Made by a program: the position numbers and the translations under genes
Part shown: positions 1 to 9,247 of the stretch, piece after piece
Position numbering within the stretch: position 1 is the stretch's first letter
Layout: every line of letters starts with the position of its first letter
Notes under the pieces: model-generated
What the model was told of the DNA's origin: nothing
Seen by the model: the letters and a program-made list of their open reading frames with translations, nothing else
The model's database searches: none
Assembly: GCA_965656495.1 (NCBI GenBank)
Contig: CBFHKU010000003.1
Location: 32,001-96,000, forward strand
Length of the DNA: 64,000 nucleotides
Origin: Coraliomargaritaceae bacterium
GTDB taxonomy: Bacteria; Verrucomicrobiota; Verrucomicrobiia; Opitutales; Coraliomargaritaceae
Direction of reading: 5' to 3'

Positions 1-306
1 TTTGCCGATGCCGTGGACCATTCCGCTGCCGAGATACTTGCGAATACCGTGAATGGAGGCGGGAAGTTCGGATTTGAATCCACTGACCTTAAACTGATCG
101 CCGTGACTGGGGTGCCGGGTCCATTCGCCGGTGAGGGCAAGGGTTTCGCCGCATTGGATGCCGGGTAGGTTTCCGAGAACCGTAACCGGAGGCCGTCCTT
201 CCGCGACCGAGATTTCTGCAACACAGTAGGCGTTTTCTTCGTTAAAAAAGATGATGCGCTCCAAGACCCCGCTAATCTTTTGTTTTGGTATGCCAGGAGG
301 GCTCAT
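1..306 (-). CDS. recD2: RecD-like (RecD2) ATP-dependent DNA helicase, 5' part only (runs off the window)
   Basis: Not in the ORF track. Manual translation from ATG at 306 gives MSPPGIPKQKISGVLERIIFFNEENAYCVAEI...GEWTRHPSHGDQFKV...IRKYLGSGMVHGIGK, the typical RecD2 N-terminus. Confidence 0.85.
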   Translation of the reverse strand, partial: MSPPGIPKQKISGVLERIIFFNEENAYCVAEISVAEGRPPVTVLGNLPGIQCGETLALTGEWTRHPSHGDQFKVSGFKSELPASIHGIRKYLGSGMVHGIGK

Positions 307-443
307 CGTTTAGGATGTTGATTCAGAGAAGGTTAAGAATGAATCCTACTTGGAGTGGGAAAATTAGGGTTCGATGCCTAGTATTATATAACTGACATAA
401 GGCGCAAATTAAACTTATATGATTTTTAAAAATATTTCATACG

Positions 444-2939
444 ATGAATCAAGGATATCCTAGAGACGGTGGCAATGGTGGTGGACGAAGACGTAAGTCG
501 TCTCGCCAGCGAGCGGGAAGAAGGGGCTCAAAGCCGCAGCGCCAATCTGCGGCGGGAAAATCCCCGATTAAGCGATCTGTTTTTGCGAAGCCAGCTTTGT
601 CAAAGGCTCCTGTGCGAATCACGAGCAAATTAAAGAAAGAACCCATGGTGGGTATGGAGTTCATTTATGCGCTGGTGGGAATCGTGGTCTTGATCCTACT
701 TGGAGGAGGGGGTTATGTCTTAGCACAGGGCTTTGCGTTATTGCTTACGGGTGTTCTTTTGCTGAAGTGCCCGCCACAGACCAGCTTGGGTCGATGGTTT
801 AATGTGGGAGCTTTGGTTTTTCTGCTGGGTGGATTAATGGGATTTCTGCCGGGAGGTTTGGGTTTCCAGTCAGGATGGCGTGAAATTGGCACTGGGGTGC
901 ATCAACTGGACTTGCCTTTTAGTTCAACGATCCGGCCGATGCAAAGCCTGGAAGCCTTTCTTATGTTAGCGGCTTGTTTATGCTGGTTTTACAGTTTGAG
1001 CCAGATCCGGCTTAACACAAGCAGCCGCAAGTGGATCCTGTTTTGGGTTTCGGTTTTTTGTTTATGCATAGGTGCGGCAGCATGCTTTGGTTTTAAGTAT
1101 GGATGGAATTATCCGGGCAGTAGCTTAGGAGGACCTTTTAGTTTCTTTAGCGAACCGGGGCAGATGGGATTTTTGCTGCTGCTGTGCGGGGTCTTTGCCT
1201 TCGGGTTTGGTTTTGAGAGTCTAACGCATCGCAGCGCGCTCTACTTGATCGGATTACCCGGAGCGGTGGCATGTTTTATTGCGCTGATTCAGGAACAACA
1301 TTTTGTCGCGCTACTTTTGTTTTTTGTAGGAATGGGGCTTTACTGCGGGCTTAGGATTTTTGGGGCGCAACTCAAGATAGGGCTGAGGCTCCTCGCGGTC
1401 ATTTCATTATACAGTATTATAATTCTCACCTTCAGTCTTGAAGGGGGACTGTTCGACCTAATCAAGCAAGTACGGTTACCGGTTAAGGCATGGCAAATGT
1501 TTTTTGAAATGCCACTCACGGGTATTGGATTGGGGAATTTTCCGATCGTAATGGTGCATTATTACGAGACCTGGCAATCCGGAATAGAGGCAGTGAATTA
1601 TCCGAATGATTTCATATGGATTGCCTGCACAATGGGAATTGTTGGCTTACTGGGCTTTTTGGCGATGCTGGTGGGTGTCGTGCGGGGGATTGAGCTTTCC
1701 AAAATTGCACGGGTGGGGTCACTGCGTTTGGCCACAATGCTCGTCTGCTTCATTTATCTTTTGGTTGGGTTTACCGGAGAAGAGCGCCACGCGCTGGCAT
1801 TGGTCTATTTTGTCTTACTCATGCTGGCGCTCTCTTACCCTTTGGGGAATCGCTTCAAGGGTCGTGTACCATCATGGTTGTGGCGTGGATGTAGCTTTAT
1901 TTTTCTTATTACAGGGAGCGTATGGATGCTGGGAAGCCTTGCCCGGATGCCGGTACACAGCCAACTGATTTCAGAATCAGGGGAGCTTCAATACGGGAAA
2001 GCACAGCTAGAAGAGGATTTGTATCAATCGCTCAATTCGCTTAACCGATTGATCAAGATGGAGCCAACTTATTGGTATTGGTATCATGAACGCGCGAAAC
2101 TAATGTTGGAGATGCGTGAAAATGCCAAAGCGGAACTCGACTTTAATCGCGCTCGTTTCTTGGAGCCGCATCTAACGGGGCCGGCATTCTTGGAAGGGGA
2201 GGCCTGGTTTGGTCATAAGGGTATTAAGGCGGAGAATGCCTGGCGTGAGGCACTCAAACGGGCGGGAAAAGAGGCTCCGGGATTATTTGAACGGATGGTT
2301 CGGGGTGGTAAAAGTAGTCCTTATAAAGCACCGGTTTTATTGAAGCTTTCGCGGGAAGATCCGCGATATGGGGTCATTTACCTGGAGCAGCTTGAGAAGG
2401 TCGTCTTTTTGCAGGAACTGAACCAATATTTAGCGGCGGATCCAGCGCTGGGGCAATTTAATCGCGAGCAACGCACTCGGATTGTCCTGAGCTGGGCGCA
2501 ACTTGGTGAATACGAGGAACCAGCACGTTATATGGATCAATATGCAAGCAGCTTAAATTATGCTTGGTATTTGCAGTCGTATATTTACCAAAATGGGGCG
2601 CGATTTGAGGAAGCGCTGGGTTTACTGCGCTCAGGATTAACGGTGCCGGACTTGCCTGAGCCGGAAGTTGACCCTGCTAAGATCGCACTTTTAGAAAGGG
2701 AGATTGCGAGTAAGCCGCGCAATTATGAAGTGGGATTGCAGTTAATCAGTATTCGTTTGGCGGAGGAGGCTAACGAAGACGGAATTATCTTAACACAACG
2801 ACTGCTTGAGTATTCGGATGCGCCGCCGGAAATTCTCTATTGGCAAGCAGAGTTTTACTTCCGGAAAGGAAATACAGTGGAAAGCTTTTTGTCCTTGGAT
2901 GCGTATGCTCAGGCGGTGCTTAGTCTACAAATACAATAA
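444..2939 (+). CDS. O-antigen ligase-like polytopic membrane protein with C-terminal TPR-like region
   Basis: Many TM segments; Wzy_C-like motif WQMFFEMPLTGIGLGNF; helical TPR-like C-terminus; basic N-terminal extension. Confidence 0.65.
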   Translation: MNQGYPRDGGNGGGRRRKSSRQRAGRRGSKPQRQSAAGKSPIKRSVFAKPALSKAPVRITSKLKKEPMVGMEFIYALVGIVVLILLGGGGYVLAQGFALLLTGVLLLKCPPQTSLGRWFNVGALVFLLGGLMGFLPGGLGFQSGWREIGTGVHQLDLPFSSTIRPMQSLEAFLMLAACLCWFYSLSQIRLNTSSRKWILFWVSVFCLCIGAAACFGFKYGWNYPGSSLGGPFSFFSEPGQMGFLLLLCGVFAFGFGFESLTHRSALYLIGLPGAVACFIALIQEQHFVALLLFFVGMGLYCGLRIFGAQLKIGLRLLAVISLYSIIILTFSLEGGLFDLIKQVRLPVKAWQMFFEMPLTGIGLGNFPIVMVHYYETWQSGIEAVNYPNDFIWIACTMGIVGLLGFLAMLVGVVRGIELSKIARVGSLRLATMLVCFIYLLVGFTGEERHALALVYFVLLMLALSYPLGNRFKGRVPSWLWRGCSFIFLITGSVWMLGSLARMPVHSQLISESGELQYGKAQLEEDLYQSLNSLNRLIKMEPTYWYWYHERAKLMLEMRENAKAELDFNRARFLEPHLTGPAFLEGEAWFGHKGIKAENAWREALKRAGKEAPGLFERMVRGGKSSPYKAPVLLKLSREDPRYGVIYLEQLEKVVFLQELNQYLAADPALGQFNREQRTRIVLSWAQLGEYEEPARYMDQYASSLNYAWYLQSYIYQNGARFEEALGLLRSGLTVPDLPEPEVDPAKIALLEREIASKPRNYEVGLQLISIRLAEEANEDGIILTQRLLEYSDAPPEILYWQAEFYFRKGNTVESFLSLDAYAQAVLSLQIQ

Positions 2940-3192
2940 GGGCGAGGGTACTTTGGTAAACCATCCAACCGAGTAAAATAAGTACGCCGAGAAAGGCGAT
3001 ACGACGAAGCCAGAGAAGCATTTGCGCGGGGAGTTGTTGCGTTTTTGGCCTTCCACGAACGGATGTTTGGGAAAGATAACTGGAGAAATTGATGCGCGCC
3101 TGACCGACCTCACGGTCGCGCTCTCCGGGCAAGCGGAAGGCGGCGATTCGATGGGCGCGTCGGTGCTTCCACCGGTAATAAAATTTAAACAT
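2920..3192 (-). CDS. small hypothetical membrane protein
   Basis: 90 aa ORF with a single C-terminal hydrophobic helix. Confidence 0.5.
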   Translation of the reverse strand: MFKFYYRWKHRRAHRIAAFRLPGERDREVGQARINFSSYLSQTSVRGRPKTQQLPAQMLLWLRRIAFLGVLILLGWMVYQSTLALIVFVD

Positions 3193-3332
3193 TTAAGTCT
3201 TAATGCGGTAAGGCTGAAATTTTAAGGAAAGAATACCCTAAACCGTAATAGGGTTGGCATTGAACTGCCAGAAAAATATCATAGGGCTGAAATTTTTATC
3301 GCACGCGCGGCCTTAGTGGCAAAGCTGAGGGC

Positions 3333-4331
3333 ATGAACATTTGTATTCTGGGCGCAGGCGGTTGGGGAACCGCGATGGCTTTGCACCTCCATCGTTGCGG
3401 GCATACCGTAACCCTCGTGCCGCGACGCTATGAAGTGGCATTAAGCCTTGCCAGTTCCCGGGAAAACTTGGCTTACCTGCCGGGATATGATCTGCCGGGA
3501 AGTATACAAATCGCCGCAGAAAGGGCCCCGGCGCTCATGGAGGCGGAGGTCGTGTGTCTTGCATGTCCATCCAAAGGCCTGCGGAAACTGTGCCAGCAAT
3601 TAGCCGGAGAATTGGGTGAAGCAAGGCAGTTTCGGTTGTTCATAGTTTTGTGCAAGGGCTTGGAATTAGAAAGTTTTAAGACGCCAACCGAGATCGTGAG
3701 GGAATATTTCCCGGATTATCCGTGCGGGGTTTTGTCCGGGCCGACTTTTGCGGGGGATGTCGCTGCCGGTTTGCCCGGAGCGATCACGCTTGCAATGGAG
3801 GAAGGTGTGCCGGATGCGGGGCGCTATCAGGCGGCGTTTAGCTCGGATGCGATGCGGGTGTATCGCTCGCTGGATGTTCGAGGGACCGAGCTTGGCGGGA
3901 CCTTAAAGAATATATACGCGATTGGGGCGGGCTTATGCGACGGCCTGCGCTTGGGCGACAACGCCAAGGCGGCCTTGTTGACGCGTAGTGTCCATGAGAT
4001 GATTCAACTGGGGGTATCGCTCGGCGGTCAACCTGCAACGTTCAACGGCTTGAGTGGTTTTGGGGATTTGATTGCGACCTGCACGGGAAGCTGGAGTCGT
4101 AACCGGAGATTTGGCCAACTGATTGGGGAAGGCAAGGATCCGGAGGTCATATTGGAAGAACAGAGCACGGTGGTTGAGGGTTATCGTGCGACGCGTTGCT
4201 TGTTTGGAATGGCGGCGGAAAAAGGACTGCAAGCTCCGATTTTAAGCGAGGTGTATGCGATTCTTTTTGAGGGAAAGTCACCGAAGGATGCCTTGCAGTC
4301 CTTGATGGCGCGTGAATTAAAAGCGGAATAA
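3333..4331 (+). CDS. gpsA: NAD(P)H-dependent glycerol-3-phosphate dehydrogenase
   Basis: [41 protein letters not shown] motifs. Confidence 0.95.
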   Translation: MNICILGAGGWGTAMALHLHRCGHTVTLVPRRYEVALSLASSRENLAYLPGYDLPGSIQIAAERAPALMEAEVVCLACPSKGLRKLCQQLAGELGEARQFRLFIVLCKGLELESFKTPTEIVREYFPDYPCGVLSGPTFAGDVAAGLPGAITLAMEEGVPDAGRYQAAFSSDAMRVYRSLDVRGTELGGTLKNIYAIGAGLCDGLRLGDNAKAALLTRSVHEMIQLGVSLGGQPATFNGLSGFGDLIATCTGSWSRNRRFGQLIGEGKDPEVILEEQSTVVEGYRATRCLFGMAAEKGLQAPILSEVYAILFEGKSPKDALQSLMARELKAE

Positions 4332-4371
4332 GAGCTTGCTCCCGAGCGTCGGCATTACTGAATGTCGAGCT

Positions 4372-4884
4372 ATGCCCAAACTTTGCAAAGTCGCATCTTC
4401 TTCCATTCATGCACGTGGACTGTTTGCCACTTGTGATATCGAGCCCGATACGAAAGTGATTCAATACGTTGGGGAGAAAATCTCGAAGAAGGAATCGCAA
4501 CGCCGGGCTTTGGAATGGGAGGAGAAGGCGCGTAAAAAAGGTGAGGGCCTGGTTTATATTTTTGAGCTGAATAAAAAATGGGATATCGATGGGCGGGTTG
4601 GAAAAAACCCTGCGCGCTATATCAATCATTCCTGTGATGGGAATTGCGAGGCGGTCAATGAGGACGATGAAATTTGGATTGTGGCGCGCAAGGCAATCGT
4701 GAAGGGGGAGGAACTCACCTATGATTATGGCTACGACATGGAGCACTTCATGGATCACCCATGTGAATGCGGCTCGGAAAACTGCGTGGGGTACATTGTG
4801 CGCGAGGATCAGCGCAAGAAAGTTAAAAAACTCCTAAAACGAAAGAAGCAGGGCAAAGCCAAGAAGGCTTCCAAAAAGAAATAA
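4372..4884 (+). CDS. SET-domain protein-lysine methyltransferase with post-SET motif
   Basis: [32 protein letters not shown]; start chosen at MPKLCK. Confidence 0.9.
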   Translation: MPKLCKVASSSIHARGLFATCDIEPDTKVIQYVGEKISKKESQRRALEWEEKARKKGEGLVYIFELNKKWDIDGRVGKNPARYINHSCDGNCEAVNEDDEIWIVARKAIVKGEELTYDYGYDMEHFMDHPCECGSENCVGYIVREDQRKKVKKLLKRKKQGKAKKASKKK

Positions 4885-4905
4885 ATCCGCCGCAGGGCAG
4901 CGGGT

Positions 4906-6171
4906 TTAAATCAGCATGAGGGCGGGATTTTCAAGGATCACCTTGAGGGCCTGTAGGTATTGTGCTCCGACCGCGCCGTCAATGGTGCGGTGATCCCCCG
5001 AAAGGCCAACCTTCATTGTTTGCCCTATGACGATTTGGTCATGCTCATTGACCACCGGTTTCTTGAGGGTGGCTCCAATGCTGAGAATTGCGGCATTGTT
5101 GGGATTTATAATCCCATAGAAATCCGAGATGCCAAACATCCCTAAATTGGTAACGGTGAGGGTCGAGCCGCTCATTTCCTCGGGGGTGAGTTTTTTATCG
5201 CGGGCTTTTTTAATAAGGGATTTGGCTTCACCGCTGATTTGGTGGAGTGACTTGTTTTCGGCCTCGCGAATGACGGGGGTCAGGAGACCGTCGTCGATTG
5301 CGACTCCAAAGGCGAGGTGGACATTGCCGTGTTGCGTGATGGTTTCGCCTTCCCAGGAGCGGTTCATGGCGGGCACTTGGCGGATTGCTTCAGCGGCGGC
5401 TTTGAGGGTGAGGTCATTGACCGAGAATTTCATGCCCCCCTGCTCGGCGGGTAGGTCGGCGTATTTCGCATTGAGTGCTTTGCGAAAAGCGGCGAGTGGT
5501 GCACCATCGACTTCAATTTGAAGATAGAAATGGGGCGCTTGGGTTTTGGAACCGACCAGTGCGCGGGCGATGCTCTTGCGCATATTGGTGACCGGGATGC
5601 TGAGGGCCTCAAGGCTCGGTGCGGCTGGAGCGGTGCTGCGGCTGCCGGGCTTGGCGTTGAGGACATCGGCTTTCACGATGCGTCCCCCGGGGCCGGATCC
5701 TTGAATCGTGGCTAGGTCGAGGCCTTTGTCGGCGGCAATTTTTTTAGCGAGGGGGGAGGCTTTGATTTTTGCGCCCGGTGTGGTCGGTGCGGGTGCGGGT
5801 GCGGGCGAAACCGGTGCTGGGGCAACTACGGCGGGGGTGGGCGTAACCGGAGTGGGCTCAGGCGCGGCCTCTGCTTTGGGCGCGGGGGCTTCCGTGGCGG
5901 CTTCGGCGGGTGCGACCTCGGGGGCTGCTTCGCCCGCTTCGCCGATTGCAGCGATCGCACCACCGACCGGAACTTCGTCACCGGCTCCGCAGTATTGTTT
6001 GAGCAGCACCCCATCCTCAAAGCATTCGACTTCCATCGTAGCTTTGTCGGTTTCGACCTCGGCGATCATGTCACCGTTCGCAACGGCGTCGCCTTCTTTT
6101 TTCAACCATTTGACAAGCGTACCAACGGTCATGGTATCGCTGAGTTTGGGCATGTCGATAAGGGTGGCCAT
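4906..6171 (-). CDS. pdhC: pyruvate dehydrogenase E2 dihydrolipoamide acetyltransferase
   Basis: Lipoyl ETDKA; E3-binding ASPLAKKIA..GSGPGGRI; DHRTIDG. Confidence 0.95.
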   Translation of the reverse strand: MATLIDMPKLSDTMTVGTLVKWLKKEGDAVANGDMIAEVETDKATMEVECFEDGVLLKQYCGAGDEVPVGGAIAAIGEAGEAAPEVAPAEAATEAPAPKAEAAPEPTPVTPTPAVVAPAPVSPAPAPAPTTPGAKIKASPLAKKIAADKGLDLATIQGSGPGGRIVKADVLNAKPGSRSTAPAAPSLEALSIPVTNMRKSIARALVGSKTQAPHFYLQIEVDGAPLAAFRKALNAKYADLPAEQGGMKFSVNDLTLKAAAEAIRQVPAMNRSWEGETITQHGNVHLAFGVAIDDGLLTPVIREAENKSLHQISGEAKSLIKKARDKKLTPEEMSGSTLTVTNLGMFGISDFYGIINPNNAAILSIGATLKKPVVNEHDQIVIGQTMKVGLSGDHRTIDGAVGAQYLQALKVILENPALMLI

Positions 6172-6215
6172 AGCTGTTAGGGTCGTCTAGGTTGTCTTGT
6201 TTTTAGAGAGTTAAA

Positions 6216-7193
6216 TTAAGCGAGGCACTTGAGGGCCCCTTCAATGATGCGTTCTTCGTTGGGGATTTGCCAATCCTCCAGCGGTTTGGCGTAAATTTGC
6301 GGGGCATCGATGGCGGAGACGCGGTGAACGGGGGCGTCGAGGTAGTCGAAAGCCTTGAGCTGGATCAGGTGGGAAATCTGTGCGTCGACGCCGCAGAAGG
6401 GTTTATTTTCCTCAACGAGGAGGGCGCGTCCGGTCTTTTTGACGGAATTGAGAATGGTCTCCTCGTCAAGGGGACGGATAGAGCGGAGGTCCACGAGTTC
6501 GACATTGATGCCGTGTTGCGCTTGGAGCGTTTCTGCGGCCTTAAGGGCGATCATGGCGCAGCGTCCGTGAGCAACAATCGTGAGGTCGCTCCCTTCGCGG
6601 AGGATGTTGGCGACGCCGAGTTCGATGAGGTATTCCTCTTCGGGCACTTCCCATTTTTCGCCGTAAAGGAGAGTGTTTTCCATTACGAAGACCGGGTCGT
6701 TGTCGCGGATAGCGGTTTTCATAAGCCCCTTGACGTCGTAGGCGTTGGAGGGGCAGACAACCTTGAGCCCGGGGTGGTTTGCCACCATGTTCTCGGGGGT
6801 GTGGGAATGGGTGGCGCCGACATTGGTGCCGCCGTTTGCCGGACCACGAACCACAATGGGAACGTTCATGAGCCCGCCGGACATGTAACGGCAGAAAGAG
6901 GCGTTATTAAAGAGCTGGTCAATCGCAACGTAACTGAAAGACATGAACATCATTTCCACGACGGGGCGGATGCCAAGACAGGAGGCTCCAATTGCGAGAC
7001 CGGAAAAGGCAGCCTCGGAAATAGGAGTGTCGATGACGCGCTTGTCGCCGTATTTCTCCCAGAGGCCTTCGGTGACTTTGTAGGCGCCGTTATACTGCGC
7101 GACCTCTTCGCCCATAATGCAGACGTTTTCGTCGTGTTCGATTTCCTCGGCGAGTGCTTGCTTGATGGCTTCGCGGTAAGTGATGAGTGGCAT
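6216..7193 (-). CDS. pdhB: pyruvate dehydrogenase E1 beta subunit
   Basis: GEEVAQYNGAYKVT, DTPISE, DLRSIRPLD. Confidence 0.95.
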   Translation of the reverse strand: MPLITYREAIKQALAEEIEHDENVCIMGEEVAQYNGAYKVTEGLWEKYGDKRVIDTPISEAAFSGLAIGASCLGIRPVVEMMFMSFSYVAIDQLFNNASFCRYMSGGLMNVPIVVRGPANGGTNVGATHSHTPENMVANHPGLKVVCPSNAYDVKGLMKTAIRDNDPVFVMENTLLYGEKWEVPEEEYLIELGVANILREGSDLTIVAHGRCAMIALKAAETLQAQHGINVELVDLRSIRPLDEETILNSVKKTGRALLVEENKPFCGVDAQISHLIQLKAFDYLDAPVHRVSAIDAPQIYAKPLEDWQIPNEERIIEGALKCLA

Positions 7194-7211
7194 ATCGGAA
7201 AAGGTTTAAAG

Positions 7212-8306
7212 CTAGTCGTTAAAGAAGTAGGTGCCTTTGAGGGAATTGGAGGTGTCGTTGTCGACCTCCCAATAGACATCGGTCTGAATTTCGGAGCGGG
7301 GGGCAACGGGGCTTTGTTCCGCGAATTTAGCGGCGGCATCGGCCTCGCTTTTAACCTCCAGGTTGATTTTTCCAGCTTCTTCTTCTGTGAGGCTACCGTC
7401 GGCAAGGAGTTGTGCCTTAAGGACGTTGATGGGGTCCTTATTTTTCTTGTATTCCTCGATTTCCTCTTTGGTGCGGTATTTCTCGTGGTTGGCGTCTGCG
7501 ACGGAGTGTCCGCGGTAACGGTAGGTGCGAATTTCGAGGAGGAAGGGTTTCATTTCCTCGCGGGCGCGGGTCATGGCGCGGTTGGCGTATTCGCGGACTT
7601 CAAAAACATCGTGGCCTTCGCAGACGTCCCATTCGATGTCAAAACCGTCGGCGCGGTGTGCGAGGTTTTCTTCGGCGGAAGAACGGGCGAGGCTGGTACC
7701 CATGGAGTAGCCGTTGTTCTCGATGACAAAGACAACCGGGATGCCCCAGAGCGAGACGAGGTTGAGGGTTTCCATAAAGGAACCCTGATTGACGGCGCCA
7801 TCCCCCAGGAAACAGACACAGCAACCTTTGAGTCCTTTATACTTGAGCGCAAAGGCGAGTCCGGCGCCGAGTGGGGTCTGGCCCGCAACGATCCCGTGGC
7901 CGCCCCAATAATTTTTTTCAGGCGCAAAGAAGTGCATTGAACCACCCTTGCCCTTGGAACAACCGGTGTGCTTGCCAAACATTTCAGCCATGCATTCGTT
8001 CATCGACATTCCGACGGCGAGGGCATGACCGTGGTCGCGATAGGCGGTGATGATGTGGTCGTTTTCCTCCATGAGGGAAACGACGCCCGCGGCAACGGCT
8101 TCCTGCCCAATGTAGAGGTGAAGAAAGCCGCCTATTTTTCCCTGATTGTAAGCCTGGAGGGAGCGTTCCTCAAAGCGGCGAATCCCCAGAATGGTGCGGT
8201 AGAGGTCGCATTTCTCCTCGCTGGAAAGGTTGGCGTTGATCGGCGCCTGCAGAAAATTTTCGGCAGTGCTTCCTTTAGTGGTAGATTTTTTCTTGGCGGC
8301 TGGCAT
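7212..8306 (-). CDS. pdhA: pyruvate dehydrogenase E1 alpha subunit
   Basis: GFLHLYIGQEA, GKGGSMH, TPP motif GDGAVNQG..ENN, YRYRGHS. Confidence 0.95.
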   Translation of the reverse strand: MPAAKKKSTTKGSTAENFLQAPINANLSSEEKCDLYRTILGIRRFEERSLQAYNQGKIGGFLHLYIGQEAVAAGVVSLMEENDHIITAYRDHGHALAVGMSMNECMAEMFGKHTGCSKGKGGSMHFFAPEKNYWGGHGIVAGQTPLGAGLAFALKYKGLKGCCVCFLGDGAVNQGSFMETLNLVSLWGIPVVFVIENNGYSMGTSLARSSAEENLAHRADGFDIEWDVCEGHDVFEVREYANRAMTRAREEMKPFLLEIRTYRYRGHSVADANHEKYRTKEEIEEYKKNKDPINVLKAQLLADGSLTEEEAGKINLEVKSEADAAAKFAEQSPVAPRSEIQTDVYWEVDNDTSNSLKGTYFFND

Positions 8307-8421
8307 AGGTTGGAAAGGTCTTAAATTTGCGGATTTCCGCACAATGACAAGTAAATACCTGAACTGTCTGCCGGGTGGTCCGGCAAACCCAAGGCACCGG
8401 CTGCGGGAGAATTACCTCATC

Positions 8422-9159
8422 TTAGCGCGGTTTTGGCAGGATGGCGGAGAGGCCGCCGTCGCTGACAAAGGTTTGTCCGGTTACCATTTTGGCTTCGTCG
8501 CTGAGGAGCCAAGCCGCCAAGCTGGCGATTTCGTCGGGATTCCCGATACTGCCCAGAGGATGCATTTTTTCGGACATTTGGCGGGCTTGCTCGCTGGCAA
8601 GGAGTGGTTGGGCGAGGGGAGTGTCAGTAAGGGAGGGGGCGATTGCGTTAATACGGAGTCCGCGGCTGGCATAGGTTGCGGCGGCGGAGCGAACCATTGC
8701 TTCGATTCCTCCCTTGGCGGCGGCGATGGCTTCGTGGTTGGCGATGCCCACTTGAGCGGCGGCCGAGCTAAAGAAGAGGAGGTTACCATAACTGTTGCCC
8801 TGCATCCGTTTCGCGCAGGCACGGAGGGCGTAGAAGGCGGAACCCAAATTCTGCAAGAGGGTGGCGTTCCAGTCTTCTGGCGGGGTCAGGTGCGCGGGCT
8901 TTAAGTAGATGGAACCCAGAGCATGTGCGTAGGCATCGATTTTACCGTGTGTGGCAATGATTGAATCGAAGTAGGCGTCGAGTTGCGCGGGATCGGTGGC
9001 GTCGCATGCTGCAACTTCACCGAAGTCTCCGGTTCCGCCGCTGCGGGAGAATCCGGTCACGGTGGCACCTGCCGCTTGGAGGCGCGCGGCGAGTTTGGAA
9101 CCGATGCCCCCGGTTATTCCGCCAATGATGATTAATTTTCCTTCTAGAGTAGTTGTCAT
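8422..9159 (-). CDS. SDR family oxidoreductase
   Basis: GGITGGIG Rossmann motif; NAIAPSLTDTP; VTGQTFVSDGG; catalytic Tyr position is atypical (IAAAK). Confidence 0.85.
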   Translation of the reverse strand: MTTTLEGKLIIIGGITGGIGSKLAARLQAAGATVTGFSRSGGTGDFGEVAACDATDPAQLDAYFDSIIATHGKIDAYAHALGSIYLKPAHLTPPEDWNATLLQNLGSAFYALRACAKRMQGNSYGNLLFFSSAAAQVGIANHEAIAAAKGGIEAMVRSAAATYASRGLRINAIAPSLTDTPLAQPLLASEQARQMSEKMHPLGSIGNPDEIASLAAWLLSDEAKMVTGQTFVSDGGLSAILPKPR

Positions 9160-9247
9160 AGTATAGTATCGTAAAAGTGGGGCATTCATTACCCGCAAAG
9201 CGATGAATGGCTTGCCATGATGCGCTGTGCCTCTATGCATAGCCGAG

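Noticed and set aside
5770..5940. Low-complexity GC-rich repeats in pdhC
   Set aside because: Normal Ala/Pro linker of E2 subunits
6267..7940. 557-aa plus-strand ORF
   Set aside because: Antisense shadow of pdhB/pdhA caused by codon bias
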